Positions 46,018 through 55,231 of a stretch of 55,231 bases of DNA are shown piece after piece. The DNA comes from an uncultured virus (IMG/VR IMGVR_UViG_3300008267_000028) (taxonomy: Duplodnaviria > Heunggongvirae > Uroviricota > Caudoviricetes). A model generated the notes under the pieces. That model did not search any database, was not told the origin of the DNA, and saw only the letters and a list, made by a program, of their open reading frames with translations. The position numbers were made by a program, and so were the translations under genes. Within the stretch, counting starts at the first letter, position 1, and each line of letters starts with the position of its first letter. The stretch lies in the IMG/VR virus record IMGVR_UViG_3300008267_000028, one strand, 5' to 3'.

Positions 46018-46542
46018 CTACCCCTTCCTGTACTTGTCGGACAGGCTCTTGATGTCCTTGACGGTCACCTTCGAGGAGTCCTTGACGGACACCGCGATGA
46101 CCTCGGGCGACACCACGACGATCTCTTTGACGTCGGTGTTGCGAACGCCCTCTGGCAGCTTCACCTTGACAGGCTCGGTCTGGCCGACCGGCACATACTC
46201 AACGGTTGTCGGGTCCGAGAACAGCCCAGGAGGCTTGATCGCTACAACGCCAACCTGCGTGTGACCCCCAGCGTCGGGCGTCCCAATGGGGATCGGCTTG
46301 CCATCGGGACCCACGCGGTCAGGCGGCACCGTATCGACCGTGGGGAGGCTCTCCTCCTTCTTGCCCAACAGCTTCCCGAGGATGCCTCCGATCTGTAGGT
46401 TCTTGAACCCTGCCTTGAAAAGGATGAACGCACCCACGACGAGCAGTAGGGCGACCCCAGGGGCCGCCAGATACTTGAGGCACCAGCGGCCAATCGACTT
46501 CAAGCGTTCCCAGACCAACTTCATGAACTCGCGGATCGTCAT
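46018..46542 (-). CDS. N-terminally anchored membrane protein (spanin-like position)
   Basis: One N-terminal TM; overlaps holin stop. Confidence 0.55.
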   Translation of the reverse strand: MTIREFMKLVWERLKSIGRWCLKYLAAPGVALLLVVGAFILFKAGFKNLQIGGILGKLLGKKEESLPTVDTVPPDRVGPDGKPIPIGTPDAGGHTQVGVVAIKPPGLFSDPTTVEYVPVGQTEPVKVKLPEGVRNTDVKEIVVVSPEVIAVSVKDSSKVTVKDIKSLSDKYRKG

Positions 46543-46961
46543 AGCTTCTCCTCAACCACGTCCGTCGTGGGGCTGGATAGGTCAGCGGGCGGGCTGTCCA
46601 GCGGGATCACATCGCTGGCATCCGTCTTGGTGGTGCCGTCCTTCTTCATGAAGCCTCGGAACCGCCCGTACAGCCAGCCGCAGCCAAGGCCACAGACCAG
46701 CGCGTACATGACACGGCCCGACAGGCTGCCCGCGACCTGTTCGGGCCACGGAAAGGCTCTCATGCAAACGGCCAGAATGATGCCGTTGCCAACCGGCCCC
46801 AGCGGCAAAAAGACCTCCCGCCACCACTTGCTCTGCCTAATGGCGGGGCGGTACGTCTCGATGACTCGACGGATGCCAGCCGTCATCACATAGATGGTCA
46901 GGCCCAGCGCGACCGTCTGCCAGTTCGTGAAAAGTTCCAGCCCAGACTCCATAGAAGCCAT
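46539..46961 (-). CDS. putative holin (3 TM)
   Basis: Three TM segments, charged C-tail, Met1/Met4, lysis-region context. Confidence 0.55.
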   Translation of the reverse strand: MASMESGLELFTNWQTVALGLTIYVMTAGIRRVIETYRPAIRQSKWWREVFLPLGPVGNGIILAVCMRAFPWPEQVAGSLSGRVMYALVCGLGCGWLYGRFRGFMKKDGTTKTDASDVIPLDSPPADLSSPTTDVVEEKL

Positions 46962-46991
46962 GAGGGGTTCCTCCTTACAGAGAAACCCCTC
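46962..46991 (-). promoter_or_regulatory. hairpin occluding the holin Shine-Dalgarno
   Basis: GAGGGGTTTCTCT-GTAA-GGAGGAACCCCTC immediately before ATG. Confidence 0.75.
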
Positions 46992-47016
46992 ATCGAAGCA
47001 TTAGGTCCTGCGAGTG

Positions 47017-47256
47017 CTAGGCGTCGGCTGGACCGTCCTCGGTGGTTGTCACCTCGGGTGACTCAGCGGACAGGACGGGGAGTTCCCCCGCCTCCCATGA
47101 CGCCAAGTGGCGTACACGCTCCTCAAGCAACACACGCTGCTCGGGAGTCAGGGACGGGTCCATCATCATGCCCCGCATACGCTCCTTGGCGTCCTTGGCG
47201 GCCTTGTGGCGCACCTCGGGGTCGATGTCGAGATAGGTGTAGTGTCGGATTGCCAT
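47017..47256 (-). CDS. hypothetical protein
   Basis: ATG 1 nt after upstream stop. Confidence 0.7.
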   Translation of the reverse strand: MAIRHYTYLDIDPEVRHKAAKDAKERMRGMMMDPSLTPEQRVLLEERVRHLASWEAGELPVLSAESPEVTTTEDGPADA

Positions 47257-47257
47257 G

Positions 47258-50200
47258 TTACGGCCCCGCAAGCTGGATGGTGGACGGATCGAGGTCGGCC
47301 TTCACGTTGTCGCGGATCAGCGGGTGTCCCTCGATGCGGTAGTAGTCGAGGGCAGCGTTACCCTCGCCAACGCCCACGGTCGAGAACGCCACGACGGCGG
47401 GCGCATATCCCAACACAGTAGGCCGCTGGACCTGTGTGGCTACCATCATCATCAGTTCGTCGCCAGCCGAACCCTCATAGACCCCCTTGGGAGTCACGGT
47501 GTTGCGAACCAAGTAGGCGACACCAGCCAATACCTTCGTCTCGTCGTTGAAGGGCAGCATGGTACCCACGATGCCAGGGGCCACCCACCCACCCGGGTTG
47601 TCGCCACTCACCGTATAGCCTGACCCGCCTCGGTTGGTACGGAAGTTCGTGAAGGGTGCCGCAGCATCGGGGGTCGAGCCGTCCACATGGACAATCATGT
47701 TTCCGGCTGCGCCGGAACTGTCGGCCAACCGCACAACGCTCGTGACCTCTAGGCTGGACGAGGGGGCCATACCGGCAAACTCACCGACAAGGCTGGGGTT
47801 CCCCATCACGGTCTGACCAAGCTGATGCTGCGCGAAGTAAGTGCCGGTGAAGTCCTTGTCACGCCACAGGGCACCCAAGGGCAACCGCTCCGTCAGGCCG
47901 TTGTACCGCGACACATAGGTGTGCGGGAAGTCAGCGGAGAGGAAGGTGTTGCCATAGAAGTTCGGGCGATCAGCCGACGGGTTGGTTGGGGGATAGTTGG
48001 TGAGGTCCTCTTGACCAAGGTTTCCGAGTGGGTTGACGTCACTCACCTGCCCCGCGATGCGCCCCGTACCAGCCGTCGTCATGAAGGGCAACGACGCCAG
48101 CACCTCAAAGACCTTCTCGTTCGGCCTCGTCAGCGCCGAGACGTCGGGCTTCGTTGTCGCAAGCTGGTTGGCGGTACCCGAGTCCAACGGACCCACTAGC
48201 TGGCCGATGTCCAAGTTGGAGGTCTGCGTACCCCACGCATCGCCACCATAGGGCGTCCTGCTGTAGTTGAAGAGAGCCGTGTCGCTGGCAGGTAGCGGGG
48301 CCGGAAGTACGCTGACAGGACCAGCCACCATCGCCGTAGTGCCCGCAGCGATGGGGTTGATGTTGTTGGTGTAGCGGTTGGCAACGTTCGTATCGGCTGC
48401 CTGCGTCCGCATCGTCGTGCTGCCCGACGACACATAGCGGGTCAACACGATACGGACCTCCCGCTTCGTCATGGACGCGATGTTGAACGGAGCCTCCTCG
48501 GGCGGCTCCGAGAACGCATCACGGTCAAACCCGAAGATGCTCGCCTCGATGACGTAATCGCCAGCCGAGAAGTTGGCGAGGGGGTTGGGCGACCGCGACA
48601 CGTCCAAGCAGGCAGAGTTCAAGATGAACGTCGCATCGCCGTCCTCGTCCACCTCGATCCAAAAGGTCGGTCCCTGCACGTCCTGCCGCAGCAGGTTGAC
48701 GGCACCCGTCGGCGGGTCGATGAGTTGGCGGGTCAACGAGTTGAAGGGCGACCCGTTGTCGCGGTAATCCGCTGCCTCATAGACACCAAAGAGGCGAGCA
48801 ATACCGTAGAAGGGCGGCAGTTCAAGGCCGGTCCGACCCATCCCTCGGGGGTCCGAGAAGTGCCGGATGCCCGCGTAGTTCTGCCCCGACCGCGAGAAAC
48901 TGCCGTTGTAGACAGCGGGCGGGTAGGGCGTATTGAGATTCAGGGTCGAGAAGATCGCATAGCTGACGTTGTTGAGGTACGGGACAAAGTTCCGCTCGGA
49001 GTCCGCGAAGGACGAAGCCGTGCCCGAGTAGAACATGAAGTTGATGCCCCGTCCGAACGTCGCTCCATCCGAAGGCTGGATGGGAACGTGGACGGCACCG
49101 GCCTTCGGGATCAGGTGGGCAGGCAGGCTGACGTACATATTCTTGGAGGACGTCTGCCCGTCCGTCGAACCAGAGAACAGGCCCAGCGGGTCTGTCGTCG
49201 TCCACTTGGAGGATAGGCCGTCACGCTTGAACCTCGGCATCAACCCTTGCGCGGTACGGATTTCGTAACTGAGTCCCGTTTGCGTGACATGGATGGGCCG
49301 ATCCAACGTCACCGACGCCGTTGCGACGGCCGTGATCGTGTACCGCCCCTGCTGGAAGCCATCCTTGATGATAAGCGCCATGCCGACTGTCACGCCCGAC
49401 AGCGTAAAGTTCTGGGTGGCGTCCGTAAACCCTCTGAAACCAGATGACGTTTGGCCTGCCGTGCCCGCCAGGAAAACGGTGCCCGTCGAGACGTTCGCAG
49501 CGGTACCGTCCATCGTCTTGAGGGTAGTGGGCCACGAGAACCGACGGAACGGCTGCACCACCAAGGTCTTGGAGCCAGCGTCAACGTAGGACTCGGCGGT
49601 GACAGGCAGCGGGCCTGGAACCCCAGCGGGCGGCAAGTCCGCGTACTTGCTCCACGAGGGCGCAAAAGCCGTGTCCATCCGATAGTTGTCGGCGGGGTAG
49701 GAAGCGGCTCGCCGCAGAACCGTTGTGGATGGTCCCTGTAGGTTGACGGAGTGGATCGCATCAGAGACGCGAGCCGTACCACGCCCCGCCCCGTAGAGCG
49801 CCCAGACCTTGATGAACATTCGGCGGTTTGCCACGGTCGGGAAGCTGTTGACCCCATCGCCCAACGTGATGAGCATATCGTCGTTGGCCGTAAACTCCGT
49901 CGGAACGGCGTTCGTGGAGGTCACCGTGTAGTACAGGGGCGAGATCGGGTAGGTGTCGCCGTCGAGCCGCAGTTCAACCGTGAAGTTGACGTCGTTGACC
50001 CACCGCACTTGATCGAGGTCCGATCCCAAGCCAGCCTTGAGTTGAGCGATCTCCAACTTCAAGACGTCGCCGTTGTCAAACTGCGCGGCTCCAATCGTCG
50101 AGGGAGCGATCCGCTTGACCTCTAGGTTGAGATCGAACGCCGAGTTGTAGTTGACGGGCGCGGTGCCCGTGACCGGCTCGATGACCACCTCAAAGGGCTG

Positions 50201-51661
50201 GGCAACGATAGCATCCGAGAAGATCAGACGGTTTCCGTCGGGCTGATCCAACTCCGAAACCGCCAGCGAGGTTCCCGTCGAAACCATGTCCTGATAGGCA
50301 ACGAGGGTACCCTGCGTACCACCGTTGGACCGCTTCCAGTTGGCCCGCAACTCGCCCTTCAACAGCTTGTCGAAGTTGTAGCGGAGCAGGGACTCGTAGT
50401 TGAAGCCGTTGGGGTTCACGACGTGCCGCAGGTCGAGGATGTCCGTGGACGCCACCTGATCTGCAAAGAGTCCATCGGGACGGCTCGACAGCACACGGAC
50501 CACCGACCCCACAGGATGGGCCTCGGGGATCGTCCCAGCCTGACCCCGAAGGACGTTGTTGAGCGTGTTGCCGGTGGTCCCTTGGTAGGTCAGAATCTCA
50601 TCGCCAATCTGGATGGTGATGGGCGACAACGAGGCCAACGGGAGCGGGGTGTTGGCGATGTTGGTCAACGTGACATTGGTGGCAACCGCGCTGCCCGTGA
50701 GTGCTACCGAAAGCGTCGGAGTGACCGAGAACGTCTTGACACCCGTGCGGTCAACCGCCGTGGGGTTCCTGTTGATGGCCCCGTTCAAGTTGGGGCTGGG
50801 ATGACCCAACCACACCACGGAGTTGCGACGGAACACCGCGCACAGGGGGATCGCATAGACGTACCCATCGACGGTGCCGAGGGCGTTCTGGGTGCCGTCG
50901 CCAGCCCGCCAGAGGCCAGCGTCACCCAACTCCTGCCTCATGTTCTGGAAGGTGTAGAGGGTGGGCGATGTAGCCGCGCCCTGTCCCTTCACATAGGAGG
51001 TGTCGAACCCGTCGGGGAAGTTCGAGAGTCCCACAGGACCCTTCACGACGCGGATTCGGTACTGTAGCTGGACTCGCTGGCTCGACTCAAAGCCGAGGCT
51101 GGGGTCCAAGAGATCGTCGGGCAGGAACGTGTAGCCTCCCTCGACGTTGCCGTAGCGGTACAGGTTGGACGACGTAGGCTTGTTGGCCGTCGAAGGGTTG
51201 GGGGCCACGCGGGCTTGCCAAACCTCAAGAAACACGAAGTCGGCCCGCTGGTCCCCCGCATTGGCAGGGGGCGGGTCAAGTGCGATGATGTTGGTGGTGT
51301 CGAGATCGTTGGCGGCACCCGGCGGGGTGCCCGTGCGGGTGCCCATCACGGGGACAAGCCACCCATTGACGTTCGCCCACATCACAGACTGATTCTCGCC
51401 AAGCCGCTGACGCCCAAAACGGAACCAGTTGGACCACATGGGGTTCGTCTGGAAGTCCGCAAGAAGGCTCGTCTCGTTGCCAAGCCAACCCGACGGCACA
51501 CCGCTCAATACTCCCTTGCGGGAGACGTCCAGCATCATCTCCTGCAACAGGTTGAACTCCGCGTCCATCGGAGGCTTACCCTGTTGCAGGATGACCTCAC
51601 GGAACTCACGCGCCGTGGGATCGAGAACTCGTGAAACGCCGGGGCCCAGATTCGTCGCCAT
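47258..51661 (-). CDS. large virion structural protein (baseplate wedge-like)
   Basis: 1467 aa; VILQQGKPPMDAEFNLLQ and RADFVFLEVW motifs typical of phage baseplate proteins. Confidence 0.7.
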   Translation of the reverse strand: MATNLGPGVSRVLDPTAREFREVILQQGKPPMDAEFNLLQEMMLDVSRKGVLSGVPSGWLGNETSLLADFQTNPMWSNWFRFGRQRLGENQSVMWANVNGWLVPVMGTRTGTPPGAANDLDTTNIIALDPPPANAGDQRADFVFLEVWQARVAPNPSTANKPTSSNLYRYGNVEGGYTFLPDDLLDPSLGFESSQRVQLQYRIRVVKGPVGLSNFPDGFDTSYVKGQGAATSPTLYTFQNMRQELGDAGLWRAGDGTQNALGTVDGYVYAIPLCAVFRRNSVVWLGHPSPNLNGAINRNPTAVDRTGVKTFSVTPTLSVALTGSAVATNVTLTNIANTPLPLASLSPITIQIGDEILTYQGTTGNTLNNVLRGQAGTIPEAHPVGSVVRVLSSRPDGLFADQVASTDILDLRHVVNPNGFNYESLLRYNFDKLLKGELRANWKRSNGGTQGTLVAYQDMVSTGTSLAVSELDQPDGNRLIFSDAIVAQPFEVVIEPVTGTAPVNYNSAFDLNLEVKRIAPSTIGAAQFDNGDVLKLEIAQLKAGLGSDLDQVRWVNDVNFTVELRLDGDTYPISPLYYTVTSTNAVPTEFTANDDMLITLGDGVNSFPTVANRRMFIKVWALYGAGRGTARVSDAIHSVNLQGPSTTVLRRAASYPADNYRMDTAFAPSWSKYADLPPAGVPGPLPVTAESYVDAGSKTLVVQPFRRFSWPTTLKTMDGTAANVSTGTVFLAGTAGQTSSGFRGFTDATQNFTLSGVTVGMALIIKDGFQQGRYTITAVATASVTLDRPIHVTQTGLSYEIRTAQGLMPRFKRDGLSSKWTTTDPLGLFSGSTDGQTSSKNMYVSLPAHLIPKAGAVHVPIQPSDGATFGRGINFMFYSGTASSFADSERNFVPYLNNVSYAIFSTLNLNTPYPPAVYNGSFSRSGQNYAGIRHFSDPRGMGRTGLELPPFYGIARLFGVYEAADYRDNGSPFNSLTRQLIDPPTGAVNLLRQDVQGPTFWIEVDEDGDATFILNSACLDVSRSPNPLANFSAGDYVIEASIFGFDRDAFSEPPEEAPFNIASMTKREVRIVLTRYVSSGSTTMRTQAADTNVANRYTNNINPIAAGTTAMVAGPVSVLPAPLPASDTALFNYSRTPYGGDAWGTQTSNLDIGQLVGPLDSGTANQLATTKPDVSALTRPNEKVFEVLASLPFMTTAGTGRIAGQVSDVNPLGNLGQEDLTNYPPTNPSADRPNFYGNTFLSADFPHTYVSRYNGLTERLPLGALWRDKDFTGTYFAQHQLGQTVMGNPSLVGEFAGMAPSSSLEVTSVVRLADSSGAAGNMIVHVDGSTPDAAAPFTNFRTNRGGSGYTVSGDNPGGWVAPGIVGTMLPFNDETKVLAGVAYLVRNTVTPKGVYEGSAGDELMMMVATQVQRPTVLGYAPAVVAFSTVGVGEGNAALDYYRIEGHPLIRDNVKADLDPSTIQLAGP

Positions 51662-51693
51662 GTCGTGTCCCTACCTTACCGATGTGGGTCTGA

Positions 51694-52350
51694 TTAGTAG
51701 ATGACCGCCCAACCACCAAGTCCACGGGGGGTCGATAGACTGCCCGTCCCTGTGAACTCAAGGATCAGTTGCGTACCTTGGTTGATGACCGGCACAGTCA
51801 ACACCCCTCCAGAGGTAGCGGTCAACCACGAGCCGCCGTTGTCGAACGACACGTTGCAGGTGAGGTCCGATGGCGACCTCTCCGTGTAGGTCAGGGCGGT
51901 CTGGCTCGTCGAAGTGGATGTCGTCCGCGTCGTCTCGAACGCCTCCCACACGATCACACAGGTGGATGGAGCGGGGGCTGTCAAAGTCTGCATGACCGTC
52001 CGAACGGTCTGGGTGGCCCGCAGCCGACACTTGCCTCGATCCCCAAACGCCCCCTTGGGCGTGTATGCGCCAGCCGCCACAAGGTTGAGGTCCGTGATGT
52101 CCAGCAGGTCATCGGTGGCGATACGGGTGAAGCCTGGGTAGGCGGCCAGCATCGCCGTGGCCTTCTGGGTGATGAGGCCCGTCTGTGCCGTGTAGAGGCC
52201 CACAGGGTCCCGCACCGTCAGGTAGTCGGGGACGTTGACGATGCAGCCCCCTGGGTACTGCACGGGAGCGGAGCCACCCACGAGAACGTCCACGATCTTG
52301 GAGTTCGCAAAGGTCGCCGTGTGGTAGTCGATGACGTAGAGACTGCTCAT
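51694..52350 (-). CDS. putative structural protein
   Basis: Thr/Gly-rich beta protein, VSFDNGGSW (Asp-box-like). Confidence 0.65.
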   Translation of the reverse strand: MSSLYVIDYHTATFANSKIVDVLVGGSAPVQYPGGCIVNVPDYLTVRDPVGLYTAQTGLITQKATAMLAAYPGFTRIATDDLLDITDLNLVAAGAYTPKGAFGDRGKCRLRATQTVRTVMQTLTAPAPSTCVIVWEAFETTRTTSTSTSQTALTYTERSPSDLTCNVSFDNGGSWLTATSGGVLTVPVINQGTQLILEFTGTGSLSTPRGLGGWAVIY

Positions 52351-52604
52351 GGCGTGTCACTCGCGGGGGCGTCGGGTGTAGCCGTACCCGAAGATGCCTG
52401 TTCAAGTGCTGGTCGTTGTGGTTTGTAGCGTTCTTTCCAGTCAAACCCAACCTCCAAGTCGTAGCCCATTGGAGGGTGCTTGTTCTCGTCGTACTGCTCT
52501 CTGGTATAGGGGGCTTCGCCTATCGGGCGAACGCCGTCCCACCAAAAAATCTCTACGATTTTGTTTGTCTCGGGGTCGATGCTCACCCATTCCGTCGCAG
52601 GCAT
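52347..52604 (-). CDS. small tail-fibre-associated protein
   Basis: GGAGG RBS directly after the fibre gene. Confidence 0.6.
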   Translation of the reverse strand: MPATEWVSIDPETNKIVEIFWWDGVRPIGEAPYTREQYDENKHPPMGYDLEVGFDWKERYKPQRPALEQASSGTATPDAPASDTP

Positions 52605-52612
52605 ACACCCTC

Positions 52613-55231
52613 CTAGTACAGAAAGACAATGACGGTGCCAGACGAACCCCTGCCGCCGGTTCCACCGTCGCTGGCTACCAAGTTGAAGCCCGCTGAACTC
52701 CCGCTGACGTAACATCCAGCGCCGCCACCGCCGCCACCGCCGCCGCCTCGACCAACGCCGCCCGCCCCGGGTGACTGTAGATAAAAGGTGGTCTGAAACG
52801 GGCCAGAGAAGTAAGTGGCACCACCACCGCCACCACCACCACCACCCGCACTACGAATCCAACTCGGACCACTATCCCCGCCACCCGTGCCACCAGCCCC
52901 GCCGGGGTTACCCGATGGAGTACCACCGCTGGTAGAAGCAAAAAGGGATGTGCCTCCCTGCCCACCGTCGCCGCCGTAGCGTTCTGCGGTGAGGGAATAA
53001 GCGGGGGACACTCCACTAAACGTGGGGTCGTTGATACTGCCGCCACCGCCACCGCCGCCAGCACCATAGGAAGCGCCAGAGCCGTCCGAGCCTGCTCCTG
53101 TCGTCTGTGACCCGCCTCCCGCAGCCCCAGCGCCTTCGTAATCGTGGGGTTCGCCATAAACAGCCCCACCAGAACCTCCTGCGGCAGAGGCGGTGTTGGC
53201 GGGTGCTGCAACAGCCCCACCCGCGCCACCGTTACCGGGACGCGCTTGGGCTATCCTCTTGTAGCCCGTTCCGTCGGCTTCACCATAGTTCCGAGTGGAA
53301 CCGTCATGCACAAGAACGTAAGTATCCCCTCCACCCGCACCGCCGGGGTTACCCGTATCGTAATCATTTTCGGGTAGGCTACCACCCGAACCACCAGTAC
53401 CACCAGCAGGCACCTTGAAGTAGAACTTGGTAATATCGGATAGAGGAACAACATCTAAACGAGGCGTACCCCAGCTACCACCACCACCGCCACCACCACC
53501 GCTGGCTTTCGCGTAAGAATAAAAGACAGGGCCGGGAAAGGCCGTGGTCTGGGCCGTCCCTTTACCGCCGCCGCCGCCACCGCCACCAGCCCCGCAAACA
53601 TAGACGCGGGCAAAGTTGTACCTAGAGTCCCAAGCCGTGCCTTTGACGTATTCGCCGGAACCGTCCGTGCTTGTGATAATCCAAACTTTTGTCGGAGCGA
53701 ACGCCGTCCAACCCGTCCCGTTGTGCGACAGCACGTCACCAGCCACACCGGCAACGCCCGTCACGACCTCCGAACTATTCAAAACTAGGGCTTCGTTGGG
53801 GCCGGTGCTTGACGTATCTAGCCAAACAATCCGGCTCCCATTACCAATCTTGATCCTCTGGATAATGGCAGCAGAAGTACCAATGTCGATTCCTTCCGTG
53901 CCTTCTATGTAGGTCGTGGTCAATGACCCGTTCGGCCCTAGTTCTCCGATTCTGATGGTAGTATCTTCGGAGCGGTTTCCAATAACTATGTCTGTGCCAG
54001 AGATTGTCGTTTTAGTAGCGACCTTTTCGCCGGGGTTTGCCCAATCGCTTCCTACCCAGACTTGCTTTCCCCGCAGGTAGGTATTTGTGCCTGTCGCGTC
54101 ATAGTTGCCGACGTAGGTTGAAGCGTTGTTCGCCAGCGTGGTGCCAATCAAAATCTGGGCGGTCGAGGTACTGGCCCCGACAAAGACGTTGTTGCCGCGC
54201 AGGTAGGTGTTGGTGGTCTGGTTGGCCGCCCCCGTCGAGGCGTTCTTGGCCCCGAGGTACAGGTCGGTCGTAGCCTCCACCCACGTCGTCGTTGCGTTCG
54301 TGGGCGTCGGGGAAGCATCGTCGCCACCCACAAAGACCGTCGTGCCTCGCAGGTACGCCTTCGTGGTCGTCGCCACCGTGCCAAGGTACAGAGTGGTCGA
54401 GTCCGTACCAACCGAAAGAGTTACGCCTTGCAGCGACACGGTGGTGCCGTTTTCCCCTACCGTGACCGTCTGCCCTCTGATCTGGGTAATCACGCCTGAG
54501 TTGGCTTGGCCTATGTAGATGTCAGCCTTTGCGCCAGGCGAACTCCCAATCCTGACCATCTGAGCGTCATCATCGAACCCAATGTTTATAAAAGTCCCTC
54601 TCAAAAAGGTGTTGAGGGAGGTGCCGATGGGGGGTGAGTGGCCCAAGAACAGAGAACCACCGTCGGTGATTTGTGATCCGACCGAAACCGTAGTGGTTGT
54701 GTTGTTACCTACCACAATCTGCACACCCTTGACGTAGGTGTTGGCAGACACCTCGGCGTTATCGCCACCGACATAGACTTTCTCGCCTCGCACGGAAGTC
54801 TCGACTCCCGTGGTGGCCGTGACAGGCCCGACCGTCACGATACCGTTGGCCGCCATCACCGTGCCGACGGATGTGATCGTAGTGTTTAGGGACGATCCAA
54901 AACTGGCTGTATTTCCGTCAATCTCAACATCGACCGCACCCCCAGACGGAGCGTAGCCCATCTTGATATTGGCAAGAGTGGGGTTCGTGAGAGTGCCAAT
55001 GTTGATGTAGCCGGTATTGGCGCTGACCCCGATGTTGACCGTAGAACCACGCAGCCAAGTGGTGGTGGTCTGGTCGGCGTCACCGACAGAAGCGTTCTTG
55101 GCTCCAAGGTACAGAGTGGTAGCCGCCTCAACCCACGTCGTCGTTGCGTTCGTGGGAGTCGGGGAAGCATCATCGCCACCCACAAAGACCGTCGTGCCTC
55201 GCAGGTACGCCTTTGTGGTCGTCGCCACCGT
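52613..55231 (-). CDS. tail fibre/spike with beta-helix-like repeats and Gly-rich C-terminus, 5' partial
   Basis: Open to window end; repeated TYLRG..V.VG units; GAGGGGGGG domain. Confidence 0.8.
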   Translation of the reverse strand, partial: TVATTTKAYLRGTTVFVGGDDASPTPTNATTTWVEAATTLYLGAKNASVGDADQTTTTWLRGSTVNIGVSANTGYINIGTLTNPTLANIKMGYAPSGGAVDVEIDGNTASFGSSLNTTITSVGTVMAANGIVTVGPVTATTGVETSVRGEKVYVGGDNAEVSANTYVKGVQIVVGNNTTTTVSVGSQITDGGSLFLGHSPPIGTSLNTFLRGTFINIGFDDDAQMVRIGSSPGAKADIYIGQANSGVITQIRGQTVTVGENGTTVSLQGVTLSVGTDSTTLYLGTVATTTKAYLRGTTVFVGGDDASPTPTNATTTWVEATTDLYLGAKNASTGAANQTTNTYLRGNNVFVGASTSTAQILIGTTLANNASTYVGNYDATGTNTYLRGKQVWVGSDWANPGEKVATKTTISGTDIVIGNRSEDTTIRIGELGPNGSLTTTYIEGTEGIDIGTSAAIIQRIKIGNGSRIVWLDTSSTGPNEALVLNSSEVVTGVAGVAGDVLSHNGTGWTAFAPTKVWIITSTDGSGEYVKGTAWDSRYNFARVYVCGAGGGGGGGGKGTAQTTAFPGPVFYSYAKASGGGGGGGGSWGTPRLDVVPLSDITKFYFKVPAGGTGGSGGSLPENDYDTGNPGGAGGGDTYVLVHDGSTRNYGEADGTGYKRIAQARPGNGGAGGAVAAPANTASAAGGSGGAVYGEPHDYEGAGAAGGGSQTTGAGSDGSGASYGAGGGGGGGSINDPTFSGVSPAYSLTAERYGGDGGQGGTSLFASTSGGTPSGNPGGAGGTGGGDSGPSWIRSAGGGGGGGGGATYFSGPFQTTFYLQSPGAGGVGRGGGGGGGGGAGCYVSGSSAGFNLVASDGGTGGRGSSGTVIVFLY
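54279..54379. repeat. 101-nt direct repeat, copy 1
   Basis: Matches 55131-55231 with 3 mismatches. Confidence 0.9.
55131..55231. repeat. 101-nt direct repeat, copy 2 (runs off window)
   Basis: 852-nt in-frame offset from copy 1. Confidence 0.9.

Noticed and set aside
54279..55231. DGR template/variable repeat pair
   Set aside because: Differences are few and synonymous, both copies are coding, and no reverse transcriptase is present
1..55231. CRISPR array, intron, intein, IS element or stop-codon reassignment
   Set aside because: No regular repeat-spacer run, no insertions noticed in PolA, DnaB, SNF2 or ThyX, no transposase; all three stops end genes normally

Overview
A 55-kb segment of a GC-rich (about 60-65% by eye) large or jumbo tailed phage genome, standard genetic code, no host genes or integrase seen. 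Most genes are on the minus strand. Right to left it holds: tail fibre and baseplate genes; a lysis region (holin-like gene with an SD-occluding hairpin, spanin-like pair, J-domain protein, PG-binding/GH46-like endolysin); a replication and DNA-modification operon (SNF2 helicase, loader-like protein, DnaB, stand-alone primase Zn domain, GREB1/TAGT-like glycosyltransferase, family A DNA polymerase with an apparent frameshift); a DUF2997-DUF1257-AAA module; auxiliary genes (RNAP alpha-CTD, 5'-nucleotidase, ThyX, nitrilase, ClpX, DHH, histone-like protein, CxxCH protein, RNase HII, tRNA-Leu). The most striking signal is a set of unrelated modular proteins whose domains are bounded by a shared RVAxR[YF] helix and [KR]xA[AGS] motifs. 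One is a 1024-aa zincin-zincin-topoisomerase IB polyprotein, suggesting a capsid-targeted, protease-matured cargo system. Also found: two recurrent promoter classes, two candidate structured ncRNAs (one with a K-turn), an unannotated SSB-tail-like microprotein, and an acidic motif shared by the polymerase and the glycosyltransferase partner. All family calls are by eye from motifs; no searches were run.
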